Below are positions 1-10,462 of a DNA stretch of 64,000 nucleotides, piece after piece. The notes beneath the pieces are model-generated. The model had not been told where the DNA came from, ran no database searches, and was given only the letters and a program-made list of their open reading frames with translations. A program made the position numbers and the translations under genes. Origin of the DNA: a bacterium (lineage in GTDB: Bacteria; Electryoneota; JAOADG01); assembly GCA_963681965.1 (NCBI GenBank), contig OY820579.1:2784001-2848000 (forward strand), read 5' to 3'. How positions within the stretch are numbered: position 1 is the stretch's first letter; every line of letters starts with the position of its first letter.

Positions 1-22
1 ACTATAAAAAATTGCATTATCA

Positions 23-775
23 TTATTTCTTTAAACACATTGATATAAAGAATTGTGCCATATTGATTGATTCTCGATTATTCACCATTCGTTCCGGATG
101 CCACTGCACACCCATTGCGTGGTATTTTGCCCATTCTGCCGCTTCAATGATGCCATCGGAAGCTATTCCGACGACAGTACCCTCGCCGATGCGATCAGCC
201 GCCTGGTGATGCCAACTATTCGTAGAGAATTCCAGTTCCGGAAAACAATTGGCAAATGTAGACCCACCAAGTTTTTTAACGCGATGATAGCAATCACCGT
301 TGGGTTGGTAATGAATTTGTTCGGAAGTTACTTGACTAGGAATATCTTGAATTAGAGTTCCGCCGAATGTGACACATAACTGTTGAAAACCGCGGCAAAT
401 ACCGAAGATTGGTAGCTTGCGTTCCACTGCACCACGAATGAGCGCAGTTTCCGACCAGGTACGGGTAAGATTTCCGATACAGCTATCGGAGATCGGTTTT
501 TCCTTAAAAAATGATGGTGCTAGATCGTCGCCTCCACTTAACAAAACTCCATCGCATCGGTCAAGGATCGAATCCGTAAAATCTGTACGATTCTGGATCG
601 GAACGATGACAGGAATACCACCGCCATACAGCACAAAATTCATATAACGATCCAGCGATTCGCCCATAAGCTCGGTTCGAGCAAGGAGAGCATGCAGTTT
701 GGTCGAACCATCAGCAAGCACTTCCTGATCAAAATAAAAAGGGTCGGCTAATGGAGAACCTATTTTTTTTGCCAT
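23..775 (-). CDS. Gamma-glutamyl-GABA hydrolase family protein (peptidase C26, class I glutamine amidotransferase)
   Basis: DGVLLSGGDD, catalytic GICRG, NSWHHQ and QWHPE motifs; the ORF extends to 865 but the ATG at 775 is the more likely start. Confidence 0.85.
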   Translation of the reverse strand: MAKKIGSPLADPFYFDQEVLADGSTKLHALLARTELMGESLDRYMNFVLYGGGIPVIVPIQNRTDFTDSILDRCDGVLLSGGDDLAPSFFKEKPISDSCIGNLTRTWSETALIRGAVERKLPIFGICRGFQQLCVTFGGTLIQDIPSQVTSEQIHYQPNGDCYHRVKKLGGSTFANCFPELEFSTNSWHHQAADRIGEGTVVGIASDGIIEAAEWAKYHAMGVQWHPERMVNNRESINMAQFFISMCLKK

Positions 776-1189
776 TCGCCCGCCACTAAATTGACTCCAG
801 GCAATTGCGATAATTGGACGGGATTGGGCTTTATGCCAGTGTGAAGGGCGAGGAAACCAATGCATTTTCGATCCGATTTTTGTAGTTGAATTAGTCGATC
901 TTCGACAACTAAAATCGGAAATGGATTGGAATAATACAAATCAATCGGATTTCAATGGTGAATAGATTGTATACAAGTCAATCAAAAACCGTAGCGATTT
1001 AGCATCCTGCAGAAATACACTGAATTCTTGATAGAAACAATCAAATATGTAATTTTACTTGACTTTGTCACACTTTCGCTTCATCTTAGGAAGATTATAG
1101 GTGTGAGAATATTGACCTTTTTTGTTCTCTTCTAGATTTTGATAGCAACAATCTCAGGTGGCAATTCGAAAAGCAAAAGGGCTAATCCG

Positions 1190-1492
1190 ATGAGAACTAT
1201 CGAAGTTTTTGATGAATCAAGCACCAAAATCGGCATTATTACCGATGCTACGGTTCAAGTATCGATCGATCGTCATGCCACTAGTGGTGGGTACGTTGGT
1301 GGTTTTTATCAAGAGGCTGTTCCGATCTCAAAAGGTCATTTTCGACCCTTATTGTTAAAAGATCAGGATCGAACGTATCTCCAGTGTTGGCTTCATGCGA
1401 AAACAGTGTTGGCAGGCAAGTTACATGCGGTATTTTCTTTCACCTATACCGAGGGTGCTCCACTGGAAGTGACAGTGAATTCTCCGCATTGA
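1190..1492 (+). CDS. Hypothetical protein (~100 aa)
   Basis: Open frame co-oriented with the PTS genes, ATG at 1190; no motif recognised. Confidence 0.5.
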   Translation: MRTIEVFDESSTKIGIITDATVQVSIDRHATSGGYVGGFYQEAVPISKGHFRPLLLKDQDRTYLQCWLHAKTVLAGKLHAVFSFTYTEGAPLEVTVNSPH

Positions 1493-1557
1493 TTTGAACT
1501 GGCATTGTTATAGTACTATCAATTATGAAATTTTATTCAATTCCAAATTGAGATTAC

Positions 1558-2286
1558 ATGAGCGTTGTCTATTATACTCCCGATCCGATTGCCCTGTTAT
1601 TTGTCTCCATAGCAGGCGGTGTGTTGGCTCTGGATCGAGTCACTGTTCGATCAATGCTCTCATCGCCGCTAGTGGCTGCTCCACTCATCGCTGCTCTATT
1701 GGGAATGCCATTATTGGGGATGCTAACCGGACTTTTATTCCAGCTATTCTGGGTTCGAGAACCCGATGCACCAACCAAAACAACTCCCGATTCCGGTTTT
1801 GGTGCTGCTATTGCTTCGGCAGTTTCGGCATCATTAGTCGGTCATCTCTCCTTTGGAGAGCGGTTGCTGACATTATGGCCATATGCGATGATTTTTGGCG
1901 TTCTTGTAAGTCCATTAGCGGGTTTTACACGTTGGTTAGTCATCCGCGATCTTTCACGACGGTTGAGTAAATTCGATGCCGCTGTTCGAGCGGGGGATCT
2001 CGGAGCGATCCGTCGATATATGGCTTACGGAGTTGTGGCGCATGGATTTGCCGGAGCGTTCGCAGCAGGATTGACTTACATGTTGGGTTATGCGGGGTGG
2101 CATTTTTTCCAGAATATCTGGTATGAGGCTGATCCGGTATTACTGACAATTATTCCGTTATTTGCTGGAATTGCAATATCTTCAGTCGCGAAAATCTTCT
2201 TACAACGCGATACACTATTGGCGTTTGTAGGGGGTGCGATGATTTTAACCGGGTTCGAGCTGCTTAGGAGGTTTGTTACGCTATGA
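1558..2286 (+). CDS. PTS mannose/fructose/sorbose family IIC-like membrane subunit
   Basis: Hydrophobic; LALDR..MLSSPLVAAPLIAALLG..G...G.LFQLFW resembles the ManY N-terminus; overlaps the IID gene and precedes HPr/EI. Confidence 0.75.
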   Translation: MSVVYYTPDPIALLFVSIAGGVLALDRVTVRSMLSSPLVAAPLIAALLGMPLLGMLTGLLFQLFWVREPDAPTKTTPDSGFGAAIASAVSASLVGHLSFGERLLTLWPYAMIFGVLVSPLAGFTRWLVIRDLSRRLSKFDAAVRAGDLGAIRRYMAYGVVAHGFAGAFAAGLTYMLGYAGWHFFQNIWYEADPVLLTIIPLFAGIAISSVAKIFLQRDTLLAFVGGAMILTGFELLRRFVTL

Positions 2287-3083
2287 CAAGCTACTCCCCC
2301 AAGTTAAAGATGCGAATTTGGAAAAGAATTCAGGATGCGTGTTCTATCGCTCCTGTGGTGTTAACTGAAAATCGCCATCTCGGTGCTGGCTGGGTTCATG
2401 CAATGATTCCAATCGCCCGGCAAATGTATGGTGACGATAAAGCTGCAATCGGGAAATTGTTGCAACGTCATAACGGATTTATCGGTTGCCACCCCGATTT
2501 TATGTCAATGGCTGCAGGAGCAGTAGCGCGATGTGAATTTGAAACAGGAAACAAAACTAACAGCCTTGATCAAGTCCGAAGCCTCCGCGAGTGGTGCTCT
2601 ACTGCGCTACAGGTATATGGGTGGCAGTTATTTCGGGATGGTTGGCGTCCACTTACAATGATTATTGGGTTATTGATCGGATTATTTGCCTATCATCGAT
2701 CAAATGCAACACGCGCAACGGCAATCATGCTTTTTCTGCTCATTTACAACATTCCAATTTGGACTTTTCGTCTCTGGTCGGTTGGGTACGGATGGCGCAA
2801 AGGTGTCAATTTACCCGGTGCGATGGCATTGTGGCCGTGGCGGAAAATTCTGTGGAGTATTCGGTTAACTGGAGCTGGACTGGTTGGGGCTGCTTTTGTG
2901 CTCACAGCCCGGGAATGGGGTCGAATAGTCTATACACTGGGTTCTGCAGGGGCGGAGGGATTAGCTTGGATAACTGTAGCTGTCGGTTTCTTAATTGGTT
3001 ATCTATTGCAACCCCGGATACCCTTATATGCACTATTATTGTTATTGACGTCAATCGTTTTGAGTGTTGCATGGTTTCTCTAA
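2283..3083 (+). CDS. PTS mannose/fructose/sorbose family IID-like subunit (divergent)
   Basis: G..HAMIP..RQMY, LQRH..F..CHP, LF..GWRP and FLLIYNIP..R....GYG match the ManZ layout. Confidence 0.75.
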   Translation: MTSYSPKLKMRIWKRIQDACSIAPVVLTENRHLGAGWVHAMIPIARQMYGDDKAAIGKLLQRHNGFIGCHPDFMSMAAGAVARCEFETGNKTNSLDQVRSLREWCSTALQVYGWQLFRDGWRPLTMIIGLLIGLFAYHRSNATRATAIMLFLLIYNIPIWTFRLWSVGYGWRKGVNLPGAMALWPWRKILWSIRLTGAGLVGAAFVLTAREWGRIVYTLGSAGAEGLAWITVAVGFLIGYLLQPRIPLYALLLLLTSIVLSVAWFL

Positions 3084-3202
3084 TGTAAGGGTGAATTGAA
3101 AAGCGGTTCAAAAATCGGTTTATTAAAGTTTACCTGATTAAAGATCTCCGGGGTAATTTCGTTAATTCGTCGGTAAGTAATTCATTGTTTGGCTTTTTAA
3201 TC

Positions 3203-3469
3203 ATGATCCGAAAAGAAATTGTAATCCGTAATCGCAATGGTCTCCATGCCCGCCCGGCAGCTCAATTTGTGAAACTAGCAGCGTCAAGCCACTCCGAAGT
3301 GTGGGTTGAAAAAGAAGGGAGTCGCGTCAACGGTCGATCGATCATGGGTATGATGCTACTTTCTGCCGAGCAAGGGGCTCGACTAACGATTGAAGTAAGT
3401 GGAACCGACGAAGAAGAACTTTGGACTAAAATAAACGACCTGGTCAACAATCGTTTCAATGAGGACTAA
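3203..3469 (+). CDS. ptsH: Phosphocarrier protein HPr
   Basis: GLHARPAAQFVK (His15) and RSIMGMMLL (Ser46 motif). Confidence 0.95.
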   Translation: MIRKEIVIRNRNGLHARPAAQFVKLAASSHSEVWVEKEGSRVNGRSIMGMMLLSAEQGARLTIEVSGTDEEELWTKINDLVNNRFNED

Positions 3470-3477
3470 CGCAATCG

Positions 3478-5232
3478 ATGAGTAAAGAGTGGAAGGGTGT
3501 ACCTGTTTCTCCCGGGATAGCGATCGGTAAATTATTCTGTTACCGATTACGTAAGCTCGTCGTCGATACTCGCACAATCTCGGTTGATCGTGTGCCCGTT
3601 GAAATCAATCGATTGAATGCGGGACTGTCCTCATGTCGTGCCGCTTTAGAGAAAACCCGAGAACATGCCGAAGGCACTTCCGGAAGGAGCATCGCTAAAA
3701 TCTTCGAAGCACAATTACTATTACTTGAAGATGAATTCTTCATCGACGAAATGCGACAGATGATTCAAAATACTCTGGTCGATGCTGAAACTGCAGTATA
3801 TAGTTCGATGCAACAAGCGATTAATCTACTGGGAAAAAGTAACGATACGATTTTTCGCGAACGTGCCACCGATTTACGCGACATCTGCCGACGTCTGCTG
3901 AATTGCCTACAAGGAACCGAGAATACCTCACTAGTGTTAACCGAACCGGTAATACTTGCAGCGGACGAGTTATCCCCTTCGGAACTGATTCACCTTGACC
4001 GTGACAAATTAATTGGTGTGGCACTTGACGAAGGGGGCGAAACATCGCATTCCGCTATCCTAGCAAGAGTATTCGGTGTTCCGGCAATCGTCGGATTGGA
4101 ACGATTCTCACTCGAAACACCATCCGGATCGCAGGTAATAATTAATGGCAATTCGGGAAAACTAATCGTTGATCCCGATGAAGAGCGAATTAAAAAGTAT
4201 ACCCGGAAAATTAACGCTCATGCGGAATATCGTCAGTTGCTCTCGAATATCCGCGATACCGAAGCGGTAACCACCGATGGGGAGCGGATCTATCTTCATG
4301 CGAATATCGAATTACCGATCGAATTAAAATCAGTCTGCGATGTCAACGCCGATGGTGTGGGTCTCTTCCGAACCGAGTATCTCTATCTCAGTCAAGAAGT
4401 TCTGCCGGATGAAGAGGAGCAATACGAAGCATATAGCGAAGTTGCCAAACGACTAGCTCCGAAACCGGTTGTGATTCGTACTTTTGATTTGGGTGGCGAT
4501 AAAGTTGCCGGCGATTGGCGACAGCATCGAGAAGCAAATCCATTCATGGGCTGGCGCGCGATTCGCGTGTCACTCTCTCGACCGGAAATATTTCGTACAC
4601 AATTACGGGCTATTGCTCGCGCCGCGGTTCATGGCAACATCGAAGTGATGTTTCCGATGATTATCGGTTTGCAGGAACTATGGCAAGCGAAGAAAATCTT
4701 ACATGAAGTCTATACCGAATTAAAGAACGAGAACAAACCGCATCGGACTGATATCCCTGTCGGAGTGATGATCGAAATTCCTTCCGCAGCAGTTTTAATC
4801 GATTTAATTGCGAAAGAAGCCGATTTTCTCAGTATCGGGACAAACGATTTAACGCAATTTACCTTAGCAGTCGATCGCAGCAATCATTTGGTTGCAGATC
4901 TCTATCAACCGTTCCATCTCTCGGTCTTGCGCTTTGTTAAAACGATTATCGAAGCTGGTGCCAATGCTGGCAAGAAAGTCTCGCTTTGCGGTGAGTTGGG
5001 TGGCAATTCAGTCGCGACTGTTCTTCTACTTGGTTTGGGATTGAAGCATTTCTCGATGTCACCGTTATTAATACCCGAGATCAAGTCGATCGTTCAATCA
5101 ACTTCACTGGAAGAATGCCGGAAAATTGCCGAGCACGTATTACAAATGGATACTTCAGTCGAAATATCTCAATACCTCAAGAGTACGATCCGCAAACGCT
5201 TTGCCGATCTTCCGGTCTGGTTCGGAAGATAG
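3478..5232 (+). CDS. ptsI: PEP-protein phosphotransferase (PTS enzyme I)
   Basis: GGETSHSAILAR phospho-His motif, GVGLFRTE, RTFDLGGDK, SIGTNDLTQF, CGE. Confidence 0.97.
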   Translation: MSKEWKGVPVSPGIAIGKLFCYRLRKLVVDTRTISVDRVPVEINRLNAGLSSCRAALEKTREHAEGTSGRSIAKIFEAQLLLLEDEFFIDEMRQMIQNTLVDAETAVYSSMQQAINLLGKSNDTIFRERATDLRDICRRLLNCLQGTENTSLVLTEPVILAADELSPSELIHLDRDKLIGVALDEGGETSHSAILARVFGVPAIVGLERFSLETPSGSQVIINGNSGKLIVDPDEERIKKYTRKINAHAEYRQLLSNIRDTEAVTTDGERIYLHANIELPIELKSVCDVNADGVGLFRTEYLYLSQEVLPDEEEQYEAYSEVAKRLAPKPVVIRTFDLGGDKVAGDWRQHREANPFMGWRAIRVSLSRPEIFRTQLRAIARAAVHGNIEVMFPMIIGLQELWQAKKILHEVYTELKNENKPHRTDIPVGVMIEIPSAAVLIDLIAKEADFLSIGTNDLTQFTLAVDRSNHLVADLYQPFHLSVLRFVKTIIEAGANAGKKVSLCGELGGNSVATVLLLGLGLKHFSMSPLLIPEIKSIVQSTSLEECRKIAEHVLQMDTSVEISQYLKSTIRKRFADLPVWFGR

Positions 5233-5248
5233 TATCGAGTTTCTAAAT

Positions 5249-5281
5249 AAAGGTCGAATTTGAAATTCGACCTTTTTCTTT
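5249..5281 (+). terminator. Intrinsic terminator after ptsI
   Basis: aaaggtcgaattt / aaattcgaccttt inverted repeat followed by a T-rich tract. Confidence 0.8.
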
Positions 5282-5306
5282 CTCATCTTACTTTAAGGAG
5301 TTTCTG

Positions 5307-6131
5307 ATGTTCCGTTTTGCGATCATTTTATTAACTCTGATTACATCAATCAGTTTTGCACAACCCACCTTGCTCTTCACTACCCCGGAACCGAATGATA
5401 GTGTAACCTTTTACTGGAGTTATTATTATCGGACTAATCCAATGGAATATCGACTTGTTCGAGATGCTGCCAACTTACAGATCATGAGTAGTATGTATTC
5501 ACTGACTCCAGCGCACACGATTTCGAAACAAACCGGTGAAATTTTCTTTTCATCAATGTCTGACATGACCGGTGACGGCATTAGTGAGTGTGTTTTCCGT
5601 AATGTGATCGATTCTCGTCAAACGTATCGTATAGTCAATCCTGTTACTGGTACGACCTATTTTAATTTATCCGATCCAAATTACACTTACTCATCCATAT
5701 TTGCGACTGATCTGGATCACGACGGAAGCATCGAGATTTGTGTCTACCGACGTCTTACTTCATCGACGAATTACAATTACCAATATGTTTTTTACCGAAC
5801 TCAAGGGAGTTCGCCGAATCCAGCTCCAGAACCGATCGGTGATTTACTTCCAGTAGATCCGGTATTGATGCAGAATTATCCTAATCCCTTTAACAGCGAA
5901 ACCGTGATTCGATATGATCTCCCTTCGGCACAAACAGCGACGTTGATGATTTTCGATGTCATGGGTCGTGTTATTAACTCGATTGCACTTCCGGCAGAAC
6001 AACCTGGCATGCATGAATACCGTTGGAATGGGAGAGCTGGGAATGGGGGAGTGGTCGCATCGGGAACTTATTATTATCAACTGGCGACAAGTAAGGGATT
6101 AACAACAAAACAGATGATTGTCGTAAAATAG
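5307..6131 (+). CDS. Secreted protein with FG-GAP-like Ca-binding loops and C-terminal sorting (T9SS type A / FlgD-Ig-like) domain
   Basis: Signal peptide; DMTGDGISE and DLDHDGSIE loops; QNYPNPFN...WNG....VASGTYYY....KQMIVVK. Confidence 0.8.
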   Translation: MFRFAIILLTLITSISFAQPTLLFTTPEPNDSVTFYWSYYYRTNPMEYRLVRDAANLQIMSSMYSLTPAHTISKQTGEIFFSSMSDMTGDGISECVFRNVIDSRQTYRIVNPVTGTTYFNLSDPNYTYSSIFATDLDHDGSIEICVYRRLTSSTNYNYQYVFYRTQGSSPNPAPEPIGDLLPVDPVLMQNYPNPFNSETVIRYDLPSAQTATLMIFDVMGRVINSIALPAEQPGMHEYRWNGRAGNGGVVASGTYYYQLATSKGLTTKQMIVVK

Positions 6132-6152
6132 CTGCGGTTTATTGAGATTAAG

Positions 6153-6179
6153 AAAGCGGACAATTGCTGTCCGCTTTTT
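6153..6179. terminator. Bidirectional intrinsic terminator
   Basis: aaagcggaca-attgc-tgtccgcttttt between convergent genes. Confidence 0.8.
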
Positions 6180-6180
6180 G

Positions 6181-6693
6181 TTATTTGACCAATTCAATTT
6201 GTGCCAGATGATGTTTGCCGTGCCAGGCATAGACACCGGTCAAATATTCGATAGAGATATTCCGATTGAAATAAGGGATAAACATCTCGCGTTTCAACTC
6301 ATCCGGAGAAAGTGAGCGTAACAACAATACCCATCTCTGTTGGAGACCTTCGAGGAGATTCACCGAACTCTCTACAGGTGCCGTGCGTGCATCGGATAAC
6401 TCCGCCCAGCGATCTTCTTCGTACGATTTTACCGTTGGAAGATCTTCGGTTAACGCAAGCCTAACCCGAATATAGGCATTCATGTGGCTATCGGGAAGAT
6501 GATGAATGACTTGTCGAATGGTCCAGCCACCCTCGCGATAAGTAGAATTCAACTGTTCTTCTTTCAAAGTAGCTACTACTTCACGAAGACGCTTCGGAAA
6601 TGAATCGAGTTCGTCGATCCATTCGGAAACCAGTGGAGCCGTGATCTTGTCAGGAATCGCCATCTTTCCTATCGGATATCGTCGGTCTATCAT
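6181..6693 (-). CDS. bstA: YfiT/DinB-family (bacillithiol-type) thiol S-transferase
   Basis: RYPIG, YREGGWTIRQVIHHLPDSH, YAWHGKHHLAQI. Confidence 0.85.
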   Translation of the reverse strand: MIDRRYPIGKMAIPDKITAPLVSEWIDELDSFPKRLREVVATLKEEQLNSTYREGGWTIRQVIHHLPDSHMNAYIRVRLALTEDLPTVKSYEEDRWAELSDARTAPVESSVNLLEGLQQRWVLLLRSLSPDELKREMFIPYFNRNISIEYLTGVYAWHGKHHLAQIELVK

Positions 6694-6711
6694 TTGACCT
6701 CCCTAATAATA

Positions 6712-7902
6712 TTACTTCTTTGAAACGCCTAATCGATCACCGATCAATTTGAATTTATCGATGGCAGTCTGAATATGTTCGGGCTGGTGTGCAGCCGAGA
6801 TCTGTACCCGAATTCGTGCCAATCCTTTGGGCACTACCGGATAGGAAAAACCGATGACATAAATTCCTTCGTCCAATAATTCCTTCGCCATTCGGGTTGC
6901 TAACACCGCATCGCCAAGCATTACCGGGCAAATGGGGGTTTCGCCTTTGACATTGAAACCGTTTTGGATCATAGCGAACCGGAATTTCCGGGTATTGTCG
7001 AACAATCGCTCGCGCAGATCGGGGAGTTCATCGATCAACTTAAAAGCTTCGATCCCAGCCGCAGCAATTACTGGGGCAATGGTATTCGAGAACAGATAGG
7101 GTCGCGATTTTTGCCGGAGCCATTGGACGATTTCTTTACGTCCGGTGGTAAAACCTCCCGAAGCACCTCCCATCGCCTTTCCCAGAGTAGAAGTAATAAT
7201 ATCGACTCGATTCAATACTCCAGTCAGTTCGCAGGATCCTCGTCCACGTTTTCCGAGAAATCCGGTTCCATGGCAGTCGTCTACCATCACCATCGCATCG
7301 TACTTTTCAGCCAGATCGCAGATTGCACTTAGCGGTGCTACATCGCCATCCATCGAAAAGACGCCATCGGTCACTATAATTCGGAAACGGTATTCCTGTG
7401 CCTGTTTCAGGATATCTTCCAAATCGGTCATATCCTTGTGCCGATAGCGGTACCGTTCCGCTTTACAGAGACGGACGCCATCGATGATGCTGGCGTGGTT
7501 CAATTCATCGGAGATCAGCGCATCCTGACCGCTTAGAAGCGGCTCGAAGACGCCACCATTGGCATCGAAACAAGCGGCATAGAGGATTGTGTCTTCGGTT
7601 CCAAAGAAATTGGAGATTGTCGCTTCCAATTCTTTGTGTAAATCTTGAGTACCGCAAATAAAACGAACACTTGATAGACCAAAACCGCGATCATCCAGGG
7701 CTTTTTTCGCTGCATTCACAATGCGTGGGTGATTTGCCAGTCCAAGGTAATTATTTGCACAAAAATTAATAACTTGACCTTGAGCCGTTTGGATAACTGC
7801 ATCCTGCGGGGAGAGAATGATCCGTTCTTCTTTGAACAAACCTTCGACGTGAAGTTGATCGAGGTATTTAGCCAGTCGGTCGCGCATTCGATCGGAAAAC
7901 AT
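6712..7902 (-). CDS. kbl: Glycine C-acetyltransferase (2-amino-3-ketobutyrate CoA ligase), canonical copy
   Basis: [49 protein letters not shown] (PLP Lys), RPYLFSN. Confidence 0.93.
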   Translation of the reverse strand: MFSDRMRDRLAKYLDQLHVEGLFKEERIILSPQDAVIQTAQGQVINFCANNYLGLANHPRIVNAAKKALDDRGFGLSSVRFICGTQDLHKELEATISNFFGTEDTILYAACFDANGGVFEPLLSGQDALISDELNHASIIDGVRLCKAERYRYRHKDMTDLEDILKQAQEYRFRIIVTDGVFSMDGDVAPLSAICDLAEKYDAMVMVDDCHGTGFLGKRGRGSCELTGVLNRVDIITSTLGKAMGGASGGFTTGRKEIVQWLRQKSRPYLFSNTIAPVIAAAGIEAFKLIDELPDLRERLFDNTRKFRFAMIQNGFNVKGETPICPVMLGDAVLATRMAKELLDEGIYVIGFSYPVVPKGLARIRVQISAAHQPEHIQTAIDKFKLIGDRLGVSKK

Positions 7903-8299
7903 GATCTCTCCAAATTGTAATAACAGTCGGCGTAAAATAGCGTTTCAGGCGAATTGCTGCAACTTAATTGGATTATTGTTTGATATTTAAGTATATGCAT
8001 TATTCGAAATTAGGTAATTGCCAAGAAATATTTAGAGCAATTATAAGTATAATTTGAATTCCACTAGAGATCTCATTCTGAAACTTTTTTGGATTTTTTC
8101 CCTCAAAATGTCTATCTTACGGCTTGAGATCAGCGAGAAGTTCGAGACAAAATCGAGTAAATTCACATTAGTTCATAGTGATTTGTATCGATGAATTTCT
8201 CATACTACTCTTTTTTGCACTGTTTCTAATCAATTCGGGTGTACAGTGCTCCCGATTTTGTGATTGCTTTCACGTCTTACCATATAGAAGGAATTTCAA

Positions 8300-9997
8300 A
8301 TGAGTCATTTCGGTACGTACGAGGAAAGTTACGCCAACTTCAATTGGTCGATTTCGGAAAAAGAACTCGATTACAAACCAGGCGACGTAATCAATATTGG
8401 ATGGTACTGCAGCGATCGAATCTGCAAACTCGGTAAAGCGAATAAAAATGCTCTGCTTTGGGAGAACCATCTAGGCGAATCCAAGACCTTCACATATAAC
8501 GATGTTCGAGTATATTCGAATCATGTCGCGTCTTTTCTGCTTGAATTGGGTATCAAACCCGGTGAACGCGTTTGCTTGTTTATGGATCGAGCGCCGGAAT
8601 TGTACATCGGTTTTGTCGGCATCCTCAAGATGGGTGCGGTAGCACAACCGCTGTTCTCGGCATTCGGCGACGAATCGTTGTTTACTCGTCTAGACAACGC
8701 CAAAACTTCTGCAATCTTTACGCAAAAGAAGCATGTCGCTAAAGTTCGCAAGATCTTGAAAGACCTTCCCGAATTGCGTCATATCATCGTGATTGATTCA
8801 CCCGATGGACCCTTCAAAGATCGCGAAATACCATTCACAATGGAAAGCAAGCGCGTCGAAGAGTTTGAATCGTTCCCGAGCACTGCCGAAACGCCCTCCG
8901 TGCTGCACTATACTTCCGGAACCACCGGACAACCCAAGGGTGCACAGCATGTGCATGGTTCATTGATCTCTCAGTACATCACCGCGAAATGGATTCTCGA
9001 TCTCCACGATGACGATGTATACTGGTGCAACGCCGATCCGGGGTGGGTGACCGGTACTTCGTACGGTATCATTGGACCGTGGTCAAATGGCGTCACTCAA
9101 GCGGTGTACGATGCAGGATTCAGCTCTGAAACTTGGTACAAATTTATCGAAAAATATCGCATCAGTGTCTGGTATTCCGCCCCGACTGCAATTCGGTTGT
9201 TGATGCGCGATGGCACCGATATTGTTAAGAAATTCGATCTTAGTTGCCTTCGCCATCTAGCTAGCGTTGGCGAACCACTTAACGCCGAAGCCGTCATCTG
9301 GTCGCAAGAAGCGTTCGGAATCATGTTCCTCGATACTTTCTGGCAGACTGAAACCGGTTGCATGGTGATTACAAATCACCCCGGTATGCCGATTAAACCG
9401 GGTTCGATGGGTAAGCCATTCCCGGGCATCACAGCGACTGTACTCGATCTGAAAACCTACGAACCGATCACTGTTCCGGGACGTGTTGGCTTGATCGCAC
9501 TGAAACCGGGTTGGCCTTCGATGATTCGCACTTACTGGAATAATCCGACTGGGTATCAGAATAAATTCAAGAACGGTTGGTTTATTTGCGGCGACCGTGC
9601 TTCGATCGATCAGGAAGGATATTACTGGTTTGTCGGTCGCGACGATGATGTGATCAATACTGGTGGACACCTAGTCGGTCCGTTTGAAATTGAATCGGCA
9701 TTGTTGGAACATCCTGCAGTTGCCGAATCGGCTGCCGTCGCCAAACCGGATAAAGTAAATATGGAAGTCGTGAAAGCGTTCGTAGCATTGAAACCGGGGA
9801 ACGAACCGACATCCGATCTTGAACTTGAGATTATGAATTTTATCCGCAAACGGCTTTCGCCGTTGGCAATGCCGCAAGAAATCGAATTCGTCAAATCGCT
9901 ACCGAAGACACGCAGCGGAAAAATTATGCGACGCGTGCTTCGCGCGCAAGAGTTTGGTGAACCGATCGGCGACTTATCAAGTTTGGAAAACGATTGA
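8300..9997 (+). CDS. acsA: AMP-forming acetate--CoA ligase-like adenylation enzyme
   Basis: YTSGTTGQPKG, DPGWVTG, VGEPLN, DTFWQTETG, GRDDDVI, LPKTRSGKIMRR. Confidence 0.88.
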   Translation: MSHFGTYEESYANFNWSISEKELDYKPGDVINIGWYCSDRICKLGKANKNALLWENHLGESKTFTYNDVRVYSNHVASFLLELGIKPGERVCLFMDRAPELYIGFVGILKMGAVAQPLFSAFGDESLFTRLDNAKTSAIFTQKKHVAKVRKILKDLPELRHIIVIDSPDGPFKDREIPFTMESKRVEEFESFPSTAETPSVLHYTSGTTGQPKGAQHVHGSLISQYITAKWILDLHDDDVYWCNADPGWVTGTSYGIIGPWSNGVTQAVYDAGFSSETWYKFIEKYRISVWYSAPTAIRLLMRDGTDIVKKFDLSCLRHLASVGEPLNAEAVIWSQEAFGIMFLDTFWQTETGCMVITNHPGMPIKPGSMGKPFPGITATVLDLKTYEPITVPGRVGLIALKPGWPSMIRTYWNNPTGYQNKFKNGWFICGDRASIDQEGYYWFVGRDDDVINTGGHLVGPFEIESALLEHPAVAESAAVAKPDKVNMEVVKAFVALKPGNEPTSDLELEIMNFIRKRLSPLAMPQEIEFVKSLPKTRSGKIMRRVLRAQEFGEPIGDLSSLEND

Positions 9998-10124
9998 TCG
10001 ATTCTGGAGTTGATTCTGGAATTCTATAGTCAATGGTTCGTTAGAAGTGTAATTTGATTTCGCAATTGTCTGGAGTGATCGCCGATTGCTCAGACAAAAA
10101 TATCTAATGTTATTGGAGATGACC

Positions 10125-10382
10125 ATGGCAACTATGCATGAAGCCGTACTGAATTACATCAAGAAGGAATATCTTGAAGAAGACGACGACACCGAAATGA
10201 CCTATGATACGCCATTGATCAGTGGTGGTATCGTCGATTCGTTTTCGATGGTATCGTTGAAAGTTTTTCTCGAGAAAAAATATTTAATTTCGATTCCCGA
10301 TGCGAAGGCAACTCCGCAAGCATTCGATACTGTAAACAAGATTTGCAAGCTGGTCAAAGAATTCCGTCCCGATGCGGAATAG
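10125..10382 (+). CDS. Stand-alone acyl carrier protein
   Basis: Acidic ~85 aa; DTPLISGGIVDSFSMV phosphopantetheine Ser motif; GGAG RBS before the ATG at 10125. Confidence 0.9.
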   Translation: MATMHEAVLNYIKKEYLEEDDDTEMTYDTPLISGGIVDSFSMVSLKVFLEKKYLISIPDAKATPQAFDTVNKICKLVKEFRPDAE

Positions 10383-10462
10383 TCGAATCTGACTGGTCGG
10401 AATACACTCACAACATTCTTTGACAATTGCAGTGTTTTCGATCATCCCGAAAGGAAACAAGC

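Noticed and set aside
1155-1190. c-di-GMP-I riboswitch (ggcaa..gaaa..gcaaa resemblance)
   Set aside because: Too short; required stems cannot be formed
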